A stretch of 64,000 bases of DNA from Zoogloea sp. (GCF_041904905.1 NZ_JAYRMI010000003.1:42370-106369), one strand, 5' to 3'; shown: positions 17,146 to 27,272, counted from the first letter of the stretch. The notes: a model not told the origin generated them from the sequence alone. Numbers and translations: made by a program.

Positions 17146-18909
17146 TCAGAAGCGCATGCCCACCGACAGGCTCACGAAGTCCCGGTCACGGGCGTTGTTG
17201 TAGGTGCCGCCGAAGGTGTTGGTCCACCCCAGCTCGGCCCCGTAGCGTTTGGCGAAGTCGGCCTTCAGGGCGAGCACCGCGAAGCGCCGGCCTTCGTTGA
17301 AGAGCCCGTCGGCCGACCAGCCTTTCACGTCGTGGGCCCAGCTCACCACCGGGCTCAGCACCACGCCGTCGGCCACGCCGGTGTAGCGCCAGGCGGCGCG
17401 CAGGCGGTAGCCCCAGGCGCTGCGGGTGACGTAGCCGGCGTTGGCGCAGCTGGTGGCGACGCTGGAGCACGCCCCGGCCACCGTTCCGACACCGTACAGG
17501 TCCGACCGGCCGTAGCGGCGCACGCTGGCGTCGGGCAGGTCGTGGACGAACTTGACGCCCGCCTCGCCGGCGAGGCTGAGCCCTTCGCCGCCCAGGAAGC
17601 GGTCGAGGCTCCACACCCCGGCCACCTGCGCCTGGGACACACTCAGGCGGTCGTAGCCGTGGAGCACGCCGCCGTAGGGCGTGGCGTTCATGTCGGCCCG
17701 CAGCAGGGTTGGCGCGGTGTTGGAGGCGGCCGCGTTGAGCAGGTCCACCGAGTTGAGCTGAACCGGCAGGTTGGGCCGATGGGTCAGCTCGGCCAGCAGG
17801 CTCACGCGGGCGAGCTTCGCGGCCCAGGTCGCACCGAAGACCCGGATGTCCTCCGGAAACTCGGTGAGGTAGCGGGCGTTGAGCCCGTCGGCGTCGCCCG
17901 GCAGGAAGGGCGCGCCGCCCACCCGGCCAGAGCGGATCGGGCTCGCGATGGGGGTGCGGCTGTGGTACTGGGCGGCGTAAAGGCCCACCTCGCTGGCCAG
18001 CGACGGCAGCCGGAAGGTGGTGGCGAGGCCGAACTGGCCGGCATCCGCCACGCCGGGGCTGGCGCTGCGCTTGAGGTAGCGCTGGGCGTCCAGCGAAGCC
18101 GGATCGCTGACGGTATCGCCCACCATCACCCGGTTGCAGCCGGGCGCCACGTAGTCGGCGGTGGCGAAGAAGGTGCCGCAGCCGTCCAGCTCGGTGCGCC
18201 GCCACAGGAACTGGTAGAAGGCCTCGACGCGGGTGGTGTCGCTGGTTTCGAGCCGCGCGGTGAGGGCCGGGATCGGCACCCGGGTTTCGTCCGCGGTGGC
18301 CCCGGGGCGGCGCATGGCGGGGATGTCCACCGGCTGCAGCGCCGACAGGCCGCCGCCGATGCTCATCCGGCTACCCCAATCCAGGTATTGGTTGCCCAGC
18401 TTGAGCTGGAGAGCCCGCTCGCCAACCGTAAAGCGCCCGGCCACGAAGGCTTCCATCAGCGCGGCACCCGAGAAGCGGCCCCGCTGGCTGAAGCCGGCGT
18501 CGTCGATGGGGCCGCCGGTGCGGTAGCCGGCCGGCCCGTTGCCCCACGGGCGGTTGTCGTTGAGCAGCGCGTCGTCGTACCAGCCCTTGACGGCGAGGGT
18601 GGCGCTCACGGCGTCGCGCCGGAAGTCGGCGGCGACGTGGCCCTTGAGCACCCGGGCGATGGCGTCGCCCTTGTCGAAGTTGAGGTTGCCGTCGTCCTGA
18701 TTGCGGCCGTGGGGCGCGTTGGCGGGCACCCCGGCGGCGGCGCCGTTGGTGCGCTGGATGAGGTTGGGGTCGCGCTCGGCGGTTCGCCAGGCGGTGCCGA
18801 ACGAGGCCGCGCCGCGGATCGTGAAGGGGGCGTCGGCCTCGGCGGCAAGCACGAGGGACGGGGCGACGAGCAGGGCGAGGCCTGCCCGGCGGGCATGGTG
18901 TTGAAACAT
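17146..18909 (-). CDS. DUF1302-family outer-membrane protein
   Basis: Signal peptide; NQDDGNLNFDKGD, LGNQYLDWG, VEAFYQF, YPEDI-like FPEDIRVFG and C-terminal DRDFVSLSVGMRF (terminal Phe). Confidence 0.85.
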   Translation of the reverse strand: MFQHHARRAGLALLVAPSLVLAAEADAPFTIRGAASFGTAWRTAERDPNLIQRTNGAAAGVPANAPHGRNQDDGNLNFDKGDAIARVLKGHVAADFRRDAVSATLAVKGWYDDALLNDNRPWGNGPAGYRTGGPIDDAGFSQRGRFSGAALMEAFVAGRFTVGERALQLKLGNQYLDWGSRMSIGGGLSALQPVDIPAMRRPGATADETRVPIPALTARLETSDTTRVEAFYQFLWRRTELDGCGTFFATADYVAPGCNRVMVGDTVSDPASLDAQRYLKRSASPGVADAGQFGLATTFRLPSLASEVGLYAAQYHSRTPIASPIRSGRVGGAPFLPGDADGLNARYLTEFPEDIRVFGATWAAKLARVSLLAELTHRPNLPVQLNSVDLLNAAASNTAPTLLRADMNATPYGGVLHGYDRLSVSQAQVAGVWSLDRFLGGEGLSLAGEAGVKFVHDLPDASVRRYGRSDLYGVGTVAGACSSVATSCANAGYVTRSAWGYRLRAAWRYTGVADGVVLSPVVSWAHDVKGWSADGLFNEGRRFAVLALKADFAKRYGAELGWTNTFGGTYNNARDRDFVSLSVGMRF

Positions 18910-18982
18910 CCGGAGTTCCTCCTTTGGGGGACCGCGCCCCTCTCTGGCGGGGGCGTCGATCCGGTGGGGTTCTGCGCGCGCG

Positions 18983-20647
18983 TCAGCCGGCGGCGTAGCG
19001 TTCGCGCATCTGGCGCTTGTTGATCTTGCCGACGCTGGTCTTCTCCAGGCTCTCGGCAAAGCGCACCTGGTCGGGCACGGCGAAGCGGGAGATCCGCCCT
19101 GCGTCGGCAAAAGCGCGCAGGTGGGCGATGATGTCGTCCGCCGTCACGCCTTCGGCGCCGGCCTTGGGCACCACCACCGGCAGCGGGCGCTCGCCCCAGC
19201 GGGCGTCGGGCACGCCCAGCACCGCCACCTCGGCCACCGCCGGGTGCTGGGAGATCAGGGTCTCGATCTCCAGCGACGAGATCCACTCGCCGCCCGACTT
19301 GATGACGTCCTTGATGCGGTCGGTGATCTGCAGCGAGCCGTTGGGCGCGATGCGGCCGATGTCCTGGGTGTGCAGCCAGCCGCCGCGCCACAGGTGGGCG
19401 GTGGCCTCGGCGTCCTTCAGGTAGCCCTGGGTGAGCCACGGGGCACGCACGACAACCTCGCCCTGGGCCTGGTCGTCGTGGGCCACGTCGTCCAGGTTGC
19501 CGTCCACGATGCGCAGGTTCACCAGCGGAATCGGCAGGCCGGTGCGGCAGCGGGCGGTCACCGTCTGCTCGGGCGGCAGTTCCAGGTCTTCGGGCTTGAG
19601 CTGGGCGAGGGTGAGGATCGGGCAGGTCTCGGACATGCCGTAGCCGGTGAACACGTCCATGCCCCGGGCCACCGCCTGGGTGGCGAGACCCACCGTGAAG
19701 GCCGAACCGCCGATCACCATCTTCCAGCCGGAGAGGTCCATGTCCTTGGCAGCCGGTGCCACCAGGAGCATCTGCAGGATGGTGGGCACGCAGTGGGAGA
19801 AGGTCACGCCTTCGGTGCGACGCAGCTGCAGGAGCATGTCCGGCACGTAGCGGCCGGGGTAGACCTGCTTCACGCCCAGCATGGTGGCCACGTAGGGCAG
19901 ACCCCAGGCATGGACGTGGAACATCGGGGTGATCGGCATGTACACGTCGCCCCGGTGGAAGCGCTGCCCGGACGGCGCCGACGCAGCCCCGGCCAGCGCC
20001 CCCAGGGCGTGCAGCACCAGCTGACGGTGGCTGAAGAACACGCCTTTGGGCAGGCCGGTGGTGCCGGTGGTGTAGAAGGTGGTGGCGCGGGTGTTCTCGT
20101 CGAAATCGGGAAACGCGTGGCGCGGATCGGCGGCCGCCAGCAGGGCTTCGTATTCGCCCACGGCGCCGGCCGCGGCGGGGTCGCAGGGCTCGTCGGAGAG
20201 CAGCACGATGCGCTTGAGCCTGGGCAGGCGGTCGCGGATGCCGTCGAGGATGGGTAGGAATTCGGTGTTGATGAGCAGCGTCTCGGCGCCGCAGTGGTCG
20301 ATGGTGTAGGCGATCTGCTCGGGCGACAGGCGCACATTCACCGTCATCAGCACCGCGCCCAGCATGGGGATGGCGAAGTAGCTCTCCAGGTAGCGGTGGG
20401 AATCCCAGTCGGCCACCGCCACGGTGTCGCCAAAGCCCACCCCGAGCCGGCTGAGGGCGCTGCCCAAGCGGCCGATGCGGTCGGCGAGGTCGCGGTAGGT
20501 GTGGCGGCGCAGATCGCGGTAGACGATCTCCTGCTCGGGCGCGTGGGCCAGCGGGGTATGGAGCAGCTGCTTGATGAGCAGCGGGTAGGCGTAGGGCTGA
20601 TCGGCGGACGCGGCGGCGTCTCCGGAAGCTCGGATGTCGGTTTGCAC
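18983..20647 (-). CDS. Medium/long-chain fatty acid-CoA ligase (AlkK-like)
   Basis: AYPLLIKQLL, YTTGTTGLPKGV, TGYGMSET, DRIKDVIKSGGEWISS, KTSVGK. GTG start with GAGGAG RBS. Confidence 0.93.
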   Translation of the reverse strand: MQTDIRASGDAAASADQPYAYPLLIKQLLHTPLAHAPEQEIVYRDLRRHTYRDLADRIGRLGSALSRLGVGFGDTVAVADWDSHRYLESYFAIPMLGAVLMTVNVRLSPEQIAYTIDHCGAETLLINTEFLPILDGIRDRLPRLKRIVLLSDEPCDPAAAGAVGEYEALLAAADPRHAFPDFDENTRATTFYTTGTTGLPKGVFFSHRQLVLHALGALAGAASAPSGQRFHRGDVYMPITPMFHVHAWGLPYVATMLGVKQVYPGRYVPDMLLQLRRTEGVTFSHCVPTILQMLLVAPAAKDMDLSGWKMVIGGSAFTVGLATQAVARGMDVFTGYGMSETCPILTLAQLKPEDLELPPEQTVTARCRTGLPIPLVNLRIVDGNLDDVAHDDQAQGEVVVRAPWLTQGYLKDAEATAHLWRGGWLHTQDIGRIAPNGSLQITDRIKDVIKSGGEWISSLEIETLISQHPAVAEVAVLGVPDARWGERPLPVVVPKAGAEGVTADDIIAHLRAFADAGRISRFAVPDQVRFAESLEKTSVGKINKRQMRERYAAG

Positions 20648-20716
20648 GATGGTCTCCTCGGGCTGTTCTGGTCTGACGGAAGCGAGCCAGCTTAGCCGGA
20701 GAAAAACGCGAAATCG

Positions 20717-20733
20717 CCCCCCCGAAAGGGGGG
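20717..20733. promoter_or_regulatory. C7-GAAA-G6 palindrome (operator or terminator) between the LuxR gene and the CoA ligase
   Basis: CCCCCCCGAAAGGGGGG abuts the regulator stop codon, about 70-86 bp upstream of the ligase start. Confidence 0.4.
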
Positions 20734-23376
20734 TCAGCCGGGCGGCAGGTGCAGCAGGCCGGCCTGCCGGGCGCGGAGGATGGCCTCCGTCCGGCTGCGC
20801 ACGCCGAGCTTGGCGTAGATGTTGCTGAGGTGCCACTTCACCGTCTCGGGGGTGACCCCGGCGGCGCGGGCGATGGCCTTGTTGGAGAGCCCCTGCATCA
20901 CCAGCTGCAGCAGGCTGCGCTCCCGCACCGAGAGCGGCTCGGGCAGCCCGGCTGCCGGCGCGGCGCGGGCCAGCGCCAGCAGCGCATCGACGCCGGCATC
21001 GGCGAGGCTGCGGACCATCCCGGCCTGCTCGGCGAGGGGGAGCACCGCTGCCAGCTCGGCCACCGCACGGGGGCGACGGCCGGCCAGATCGAGGGCCTGG
21101 GCGAGCAGGATTCGCCGCTGGAGCGCCCGGTAGTGGAAGCCGGCCTCCCGGGAGGCCGCCACCAGGGCTTCCAGCTCGGCCACCGCCGCGTCGGCCCGGC
21201 CTTCGGCGAGGGCCAGCAGCGCCAGCGCCTCACGCCAGGCGAGCCAGGTCTCCATCAGGCTGCTCACCTGCCGCGGGGGCTGGGCTGGCATGGCGGGCTG
21301 CAGCGCCGCCACCCGCGCCCGCAGGGCCGCCGCGTCGCCGCCCTGCCACAGGATGCGCGCCGCCTCGGCCAGCGTCAGCGCGCGCATGCGCAGCCAGCGG
21401 CGCTGCTGCCCCAGCCGGTCGGCGGCGTCGAGGCGGGCCAGCGCATCGCCCCGGTCGCCCCGCAGCACGGCCAGCCGCGCGGCGATCACCGTGAAGCGCG
21501 CGCAGGCGCCCAGCGGGCTGGTTTCGGCCACCACCTCGGCCCGGCCGGCCATCGCCTCGCCCAGGGCCTGCAGATCGCCCCGCTCGTAGAGGATCTCCGC
21601 CAGATAGCCGACGGGCAGCGCCGCCACCGCCGAACGGGGGCCGGATTCGGCCACTGCCCGGGCCAGGGCCTCGCGCAGCAGGGCGGCCGCCTCGCCCAGC
21701 CGGCCGGCGATGCCGTGCCCGAGCCCGGACATGCTGAGCCGGTACACCATGCCAAAGAGCGGGCAGCCGCCAGCCTCGAAGGGGGCCGAGCGGGCCGCCA
21801 GATCGGTGGCCTCGTCGAAGCGCGACGCGGTGTGCAGCCCGAACAGGATCACGCTGCGGGCGATCTGGGCCACCCATGAGTCGGCCCGCGCGGCGGCGTC
21901 GAGCGCCTGCCGGCCGAAGGCCATCGCGGCCTCGCTCTCGTCGGAGAGGCCGGCGATCAGCCCCTTCACCGCGGCCAGCTCGCCGGGCTCGGCCTGGGCG
22001 ATCAGGCGGCCGCTGGCCAGATCGGCCTCGATGCCGCTCACCCCGTCGCGGGCTTCGCCCAGGTGCAGCCCGAAGGCCAGCGCCCAAGCGTGGGCCAGGC
22101 GCAGGCGCAGGCTGCCGGCCACCAGGGCCGGCGGCAGCAGGGCCAGCCAGCCGGTGACGGTGCGGATCTCGCCGGCCTGCACCAAGCCCATCGCGCAGGC
22201 TTCGGCCCAGGCGGCGGCGCGGGGTGCGTCGCCGCCGGCCAGGGCGTAGCGCACGGCCTCCTGCCACAGCCCGGCGTCGGCGCACCAGCGGGCGGCGGCG
22301 AGCTGGATGTGGCGCAGGCGCGCCGGGTCGTCGCGGGCGAGGCGGGCTTTCAGGTAATCGGCGAACAGCGCGTGAAACCGGAACCAGCCGTCGTCCAGGC
22401 GTTTCACGAAGAGGTTCTGGCCGGCCAGCTCGTCCAGCCGCCGACGGGCGTCGGGCTCGCCGCCGACCGCCGCGCACAGCTCGGGGCAGAAGCGGTCGAG
22501 CGGGCCGGCGGCAAGGAGGAGATCGACCTGGGCCGGGGCCAGCCCGGCGAGGACGTTCTCGGCGAGATAGGCCCCCACGCCCTCCCCTGCCCGGCGACGG
22601 ATGCCGGCCATCAGCGCGTCGGCGTCGTCTGCATCGCGCACCGACAGGGCGACCAGATACATGCCGGCGGCCCAGCCCTCGGTGGTGCGCCACACGGCGT
22701 CGGCCACCGCAGATTCGGCCAGCGGCCCGCCAAAGCCTTCGAAGTAATGCCGCGCCTCGTCGGCGGCGAAGCGCAGCTCGGGCTCCCCGATGCTGGCGAG
22801 CTGCCCCCGCGCCGCCAGGGTGGCGAAGGGCAGGGCCGGCGAGCCGCGCCCGGCGAGGATCAGCCGGAAGGCCGGCGGGGCGTAGCGGACGAGGGTCTGC
22901 AGGGCGTCGAGGAGCGGCGGCGCGGTGAGGGCGTCGGCGTCGTCGAGGATCAGCGCCACCGGCACCGGCGAGCGGGCCAGCCCGTTGATGAGGGCCGCCA
23001 GCACCGCCCGGGGCGAGGCCAGCGCATCCCGGGCGAGCAGGCAGGCGGCCTCCCGGGCCACGCCGTCCTCGCCCCCCAGGGCCGCGACGAGATAGGGAAA
23101 GAACAGGCCGGGCTCGTCGTCCTCCCGGTCGAGGCTGAGCCAGCCCACCAGCCAGCCCAGGCCGGCCAGGCGCTCGCGCAGCTGGGCCAGCAGGGTCGTC
23201 TTGCCGGCACCGGGCGAGGCGCACACCCGCAGCACCGGCGGCTGGCCGGGGGCGCACAGGGCATCCACCAGCCTTGGACGAAGCAGCACGCCCGCCGACG
23301 GAGCCGGCGGGCGTAGCTTGGTCTGGATCAGCAGGGACGGGCGCGCTTCGGCCCCTTCCGCCGCAGGCAGCTTCAT
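20734..23376 (-). CDS. MalT-like ATP-dependent (STAND) LuxR-family transcriptional regulator
   Basis: IQTKLRPP N-terminus; Walker A ASPGAGKTT; LILDD; WFRFHALF; TPR-like middle; C-terminal LSVRERSLL...GLSNKAIA...TVKWHLSNIYAKLGV. Confidence 0.93.
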   Translation of the reverse strand: MKLPAAEGAEARPSLLIQTKLRPPAPSAGVLLRPRLVDALCAPGQPPVLRVCASPGAGKTTLLAQLRERLAGLGWLVGWLSLDREDDEPGLFFPYLVAALGGEDGVAREAACLLARDALASPRAVLAALINGLARSPVPVALILDDADALTAPPLLDALQTLVRYAPPAFRLILAGRGSPALPFATLAARGQLASIGEPELRFAADEARHYFEGFGGPLAESAVADAVWRTTEGWAAGMYLVALSVRDADDADALMAGIRRRAGEGVGAYLAENVLAGLAPAQVDLLLAAGPLDRFCPELCAAVGGEPDARRRLDELAGQNLFVKRLDDGWFRFHALFADYLKARLARDDPARLRHIQLAAARWCADAGLWQEAVRYALAGGDAPRAAAWAEACAMGLVQAGEIRTVTGWLALLPPALVAGSLRLRLAHAWALAFGLHLGEARDGVSGIEADLASGRLIAQAEPGELAAVKGLIAGLSDESEAAMAFGRQALDAAARADSWVAQIARSVILFGLHTASRFDEATDLAARSAPFEAGGCPLFGMVYRLSMSGLGHGIAGRLGEAAALLREALARAVAESGPRSAVAALPVGYLAEILYERGDLQALGEAMAGRAEVVAETSPLGACARFTVIAARLAVLRGDRGDALARLDAADRLGQQRRWLRMRALTLAEAARILWQGGDAAALRARVAALQPAMPAQPPRQVSSLMETWLAWREALALLALAEGRADAAVAELEALVAASREAGFHYRALQRRILLAQALDLAGRRPRAVAELAAVLPLAEQAGMVRSLADAGVDALLALARAAPAAGLPEPLSVRERSLLQLVMQGLSNKAIARAAGVTPETVKWHLSNIYAKLGVRSRTEAILRARQAGLLHLPPG

Positions 23377-23427
23377 CTGACGGTAACAAGCCCCCGACCG
23401 GAGTCGCCCGGCCGGGGAACGACGGGG

Positions 23428-24621
23428 TTACACCTTCTCGAAGATGCCGGCGGCGCCCATGCCGGTGCCGATGCACATGGAAATCATGCCGTAGCGGGCC
23501 GAGGTGCGCTGGAACGCGCTCATCAGCGAAGCGGCACGGATCGCCCCGGTAGCGCCCAGCGGGTGGCCCAGGGCGATGGCGCCGCCCTGGGGGTTGACCT
23601 TGGACGGGTCCATGTCGAGCTGCTTCATCACCGCCAGGGCCTGGGCCGCGAAGGCTTCGTTCAGCTCGATCCAGTCGAGATCCGACTGGGCGATGCCGGC
23701 CGCCTTGAGGGCGCGGGGGATCGCCTCGACCGGGCCGATGCCCATGATCTCCGGCGGCACACCGGCCACCGAGTAGCTGCAGAAGCGGGCGATGGGCTTG
23801 ACGCCGTAGCGCTTCACCGCCGCCTCGGACATCAGCAGCACCGCGCCAGCGCCGTCGGACATCTGGGAGCTGTTGCCGGCCGTCACCGAGCCGCGCGCGG
23901 CGAACACCGGCTTGAGCTTGCCGAGCTTTTCCAGCGAGGCGTCGGCGCGGGGGCCTTCGTCGGTGTCGCAGACGCGCTCGACGACGCGCACCGTGCCGCC
24001 GTCACCCGGCACGTGGGTGCGCACGGTGTAGGGCGTGATCTCGTCCTTGAACGCACCGGCGGCAATCGCCGCGGCGGCGCGCTGGTTGGACTGCACCGCA
24101 AAGGCATCCTGCGCGGCGCGGTCGATGCCCCACTGCTGGGCCACCTTCTCGGCGGTGAGGCCCATGCCGAAGGCGATGCCAAGGTTTTCATCCTTGGCAA
24201 AGACGGCCGGGTTGAGCGAGATCTTGTTGCCCATGATCTGGGGCATCACGGTCATGCTCTCCGTGCCGGCGGCGATCATCACGTCGGCTTCGCCCAGGCG
24301 GATGCGCGCGGCGGCGTCGGCCACGGCCTGCAGGCCGGACGAGCAGAAGCGGTTGATGGTGATGCCCGGCACGGTGTTGGGCAGGCCGGCCAGCAGCACG
24401 CCGATGCGCGCCACGTTCATGCCCTGCTCGGCTTCGGGCATGGCACAGCCGACCACCACGTCGCCGATCTCGGTGGCGTCGAGCCCCGGCACCTTGGCGA
24501 CGACCGCCGACAGCACGTGGGCCAGCATGTCGTCCGGGCGCACGTTGCGGAACATCCCGTTGCGCTTGGCCACCGGCGTGCGGGTGGCGGCAACGATGTA
24601 GGCTTCCTGAATCTGTTTCAT
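23428..24621 (-). CDS. fadA: Acetyl-CoA C-acyltransferase (3-ketoacyl-CoA thiolase)
   Basis: INRFCSSGLQA, NEAFA, GHPLGATG and SMCIGTGMG catalytic motifs. Confidence 0.94.
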   Translation of the reverse strand: MKQIQEAYIVAATRTPVAKRNGMFRNVRPDDMLAHVLSAVVAKVPGLDATEIGDVVVGCAMPEAEQGMNVARIGVLLAGLPNTVPGITINRFCSSGLQAVADAAARIRLGEADVMIAAGTESMTVMPQIMGNKISLNPAVFAKDENLGIAFGMGLTAEKVAQQWGIDRAAQDAFAVQSNQRAAAAIAAGAFKDEITPYTVRTHVPGDGGTVRVVERVCDTDEGPRADASLEKLGKLKPVFAARGSVTAGNSSQMSDGAGAVLLMSEAAVKRYGVKPIARFCSYSVAGVPPEIMGIGPVEAIPRALKAAGIAQSDLDWIELNEAFAAQALAVMKQLDMDPSKVNPQGGAIALGHPLGATGAIRAASLMSAFQRTSARYGMISMCIGTGMGAAGIFEKV

Positions 24622-24640
24622 CGAATTCTCCTTTGGGGCA

Positions 24641-24763
24641 GTGAGGAGTAAGACGTGAGGAGTGAGGAGACCGATGCCAATCCGGTTGCGCTGACGATCG
24701 CCAGCGCACAGGGCGCAAACAAGGTCTCCGAACCGCCTTTCTCCTATCTCCTCACCGCATCAC
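24641..24763. repeat. Palindromic intergenic element with GTGAGGA heptamer arms, copy 2
   Basis: GTGAGGA GTAAGAC GTGAGGA GTGAGGA left arm; core GCGCTGACGATCGCCAGCGCACA at 24688-24710 (19/20 identical to the copy 1 palindrome); degenerate TCCTCAC right arm. Confidence 0.85.
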
Positions 24764-24765
24764 AA

Positions 24766-27147
24766 TCAGTTGCGCAGCGGCTTGCCGGTTTCCAGCATGT
24801 GCGCGATGCGCTGCTGGGTCTTTTCGGTCTTGAGCAGATCCACGAAGAGCGCGCGCTCCACGTCGAGAATCCACTGCTCCGACACCTTCGCGTTGGTCTC
24901 CACCTCGCCGCCGCACAGGGCGGTGGCAGCGGCCCGGGCCACCCGGTAATCCCACTCGGAGATGAAGCCGCCTTCCTTCATGTTGATGAGCATCATCTCG
25001 CAGGTGGCGATGCCGTTCCGGCCGGCCACCTGCACGGCGCGCTGGACGAGCGGCGGCTGGTAGCCGGATTCGGCCAGGGCGCGGGCGCGGGCCAGGGCCA
25101 CGTGGAGCAGCTCGCTGGGGTTGAAGAGGATGTCGTCGGATTCCTTCGCGAAGCCCAGCTCCACCGCCTGCAGGGCGCTCTTGGAGACGTTGGCCATGGC
25201 GATGGTCTGGAACATGTTCTGGATGAAGGGGAACACGTCGCCGCCCGCCGCCCGGCTGGCGAGGCCGGCTGCCCGCAGCGCGAACTCCTTGCAGCCGCCG
25301 CCCGCGGGAATCAGGCCGACGCCGGCCTCGACGAGGCCCACGTAGCTCTCCAGCGCCATCACCCGATGGGTGGCGTGCATCACGAACTCGCAGCCGCCGC
25401 CCAGGGCCATGCCCTGCACCGCCGCCACGGTGGGCACCATGGAATGCTTGAGGGCCATGGAGGCCTGCTGGAACTTGGCCACCGTCTTTTCGAGGCGGTC
25501 GAACTGGCCGGCCTTGCAGGCCTCGGCCACCTGCGCCAGGTTGGCACCCACCGCAAACGGCGCCTCGTGCCAGATCACCAGACCGTCCAGGTCGCGCTCG
25601 GCGCGGGCGATGGCTTCGAGCACACCGTCCAGCACCTCGTCGCCGACGGCGTGCATCTTCGACTTGAAGGAGACGATGCCGATGCGGGCGTCCTTGGCCG
25701 GGAGGTTCCACAGGCGCACGCCGTCGTTCTCCCACAGGGTGACGCCGGCGTCCGGCGCGGCTTCGCCCAGCACGCGCTCGGGGAAGAGCTGGCGTTGGTA
25801 CACCGGCAGGGTCGAGCGGGGCTTGAGGGCGGCGTCGGTGGCGCTCCAGGAGCCCTCCGGCGCATGCACGCCGGTGCGGCCGTCGAACACCCAGGCGGGC
25901 AGCGGCGCGTTGGTCATCGCCACACCGGCCTCGATGTCGGCCTTGATGGCGCTGGCGATGGTCTGCCAGCCGGCGGCCTGCCAGGTTTCGAACGGACCCT
26001 GCTGCCAGCCGAAGCCCCAGCGCATGGCGAAATCCACGTCGCGGGCGTTGTCGGCGATGGCGCCAAGCTGGCAGGCGCAGTAGTGGAACACGTCGCGGAA
26101 GATCGCCCACAGGAACTGGGCCTGCGGGTGGGCGCTTGCGCGCAGCTGGGCGAAGCGCTCGGCCGGGTTGCGGTTCTTGAGGATGGCCAGCACTTCCGGC
26201 GCCACTTCACCGGCGCTGGGGCGGTAGGCGCCGGTGGCCAGGTCGATCACGTTGATGACCTTGCCTTCCTTGCGGAAGATGCCGCCCTTGGTCTTCTGGC
26301 CCAGGGCGCCCTTGGCGATCAGGCCGGCGAGCCACTCGGGCGACTTGAAGTAGGCGTGCCACGGGTCGTCGGCGAGGGTGGCGTCCATGGTGCCGATGAC
26401 GTGGGCCATGGTGTCCAGGCCCACCACGTCGGCGGTGCGGTAGGTGGCGCTCCTGGGGCGGCCGATCAGCGGGCCGGTGAGGGCGTCCACTTCGTCGAAG
26501 CCCAGGCCCATGCGCGCGGTGTGGTGCATCACCGCCAGGATCGAGAACACGCCCACGCGGTTGGCGACGAAGTTGGGGGTGTCCTTGGCGCGGACGATGC
26601 TCTTGCCCAGGCGGGTGGTGAGCCAGGCTTCGAGGGCGTCGAGGGTGGCGGGGTCGGTGCTGCGGGTGGCGATCAGCTCGACCAGCGCCATGTAGCGCGG
26701 CGGGTTGAAGAAGTGGATGCCGCAGAAACGGCTGCGGGCGGCCTCCGGCATGCCTTCGGCCAGGGCGTTGATCGACAGACCCGAGGTGTTGGAGGCGAAG
26801 ATGGCGTCCGGGCGGATGAACGGGGCGACCTTGGCGTAGAGGTCGAGCTTCCATTCCATCTTCTCGGCGATGGCCTCGATGATGAGGTCGCAGTCGCGCA
26901 GCTTTTCCAGATCGGAGCCGTAGTTGGCCACGTCGATGAACTGGGCCCGGTCGCGGGTGGCGAGGGGCGCCGGGTCGAGCTTCTTGAGCCCGTCCACGGC
27001 CTTCTTGGCGATGGCGTTGGGGTCGCCGTCCTTCGGCAGGTCGAAAAGGATGACCGGCACGCTGGCGTTGGCGCAGTGGGCGGCGATCTGCGCCCCCATG
27101 ACGCCGGCACCCAGCACGGCCACCTTGCGAATGATGAGTCTGCTCAC
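24766..27147 (-). CDS. 3-hydroxyacyl-CoA dehydrogenase / enoyl-CoA hydratase (FadN-like, 793 aa)
   Basis: VAVLGAGVMG, ASNTSG, GIHFFNPPRYM, KDTPNFVANR; C-terminal crotonase GGGCEF and LVEAGVGLIP. Confidence 0.93.
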   Translation of the reverse strand: MSRLIIRKVAVLGAGVMGAQIAAHCANASVPVILFDLPKDGDPNAIAKKAVDGLKKLDPAPLATRDRAQFIDVANYGSDLEKLRDCDLIIEAIAEKMEWKLDLYAKVAPFIRPDAIFASNTSGLSINALAEGMPEAARSRFCGIHFFNPPRYMALVELIATRSTDPATLDALEAWLTTRLGKSIVRAKDTPNFVANRVGVFSILAVMHHTARMGLGFDEVDALTGPLIGRPRSATYRTADVVGLDTMAHVIGTMDATLADDPWHAYFKSPEWLAGLIAKGALGQKTKGGIFRKEGKVINVIDLATGAYRPSAGEVAPEVLAILKNRNPAERFAQLRASAHPQAQFLWAIFRDVFHYCACQLGAIADNARDVDFAMRWGFGWQQGPFETWQAAGWQTIASAIKADIEAGVAMTNAPLPAWVFDGRTGVHAPEGSWSATDAALKPRSTLPVYQRQLFPERVLGEAAPDAGVTLWENDGVRLWNLPAKDARIGIVSFKSKMHAVGDEVLDGVLEAIARAERDLDGLVIWHEAPFAVGANLAQVAEACKAGQFDRLEKTVAKFQQASMALKHSMVPTVAAVQGMALGGGCEFVMHATHRVMALESYVGLVEAGVGLIPAGGGCKEFALRAAGLASRAAGGDVFPFIQNMFQTIAMANVSKSALQAVELGFAKESDDILFNPSELLHVALARARALAESGYQPPLVQRAVQVAGRNGIATCEMMLINMKEGGFISEWDYRVARAAATALCGGEVETNAKVSEQWILDVERALFVDLLKTEKTQQRIAHMLETGKPLRN

Positions 27148-27211
27148 TTGCTCCTCCTTCAGATGCGGCCCATCGATAGGCCGGCTTTATGGTTCAGGAA
27201 TCCCGCGACAA

Positions 27212-27231
27212 ATTTGAACAACTGTTCAAAT
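27212..27231. promoter_or_regulatory. Perfect 9-2-9 palindromic operator upstream of the fadN-like gene
   Basis: ATTTGAACA-AC-TGTTCAAAT, about 65 bp upstream of the start codon in an AT-rich intergenic region. Confidence 0.7.
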
Positions 27232-27272
27232 CTTAGCGCAATCATGAATTTAGATGCAACAATCAGAAAAAA

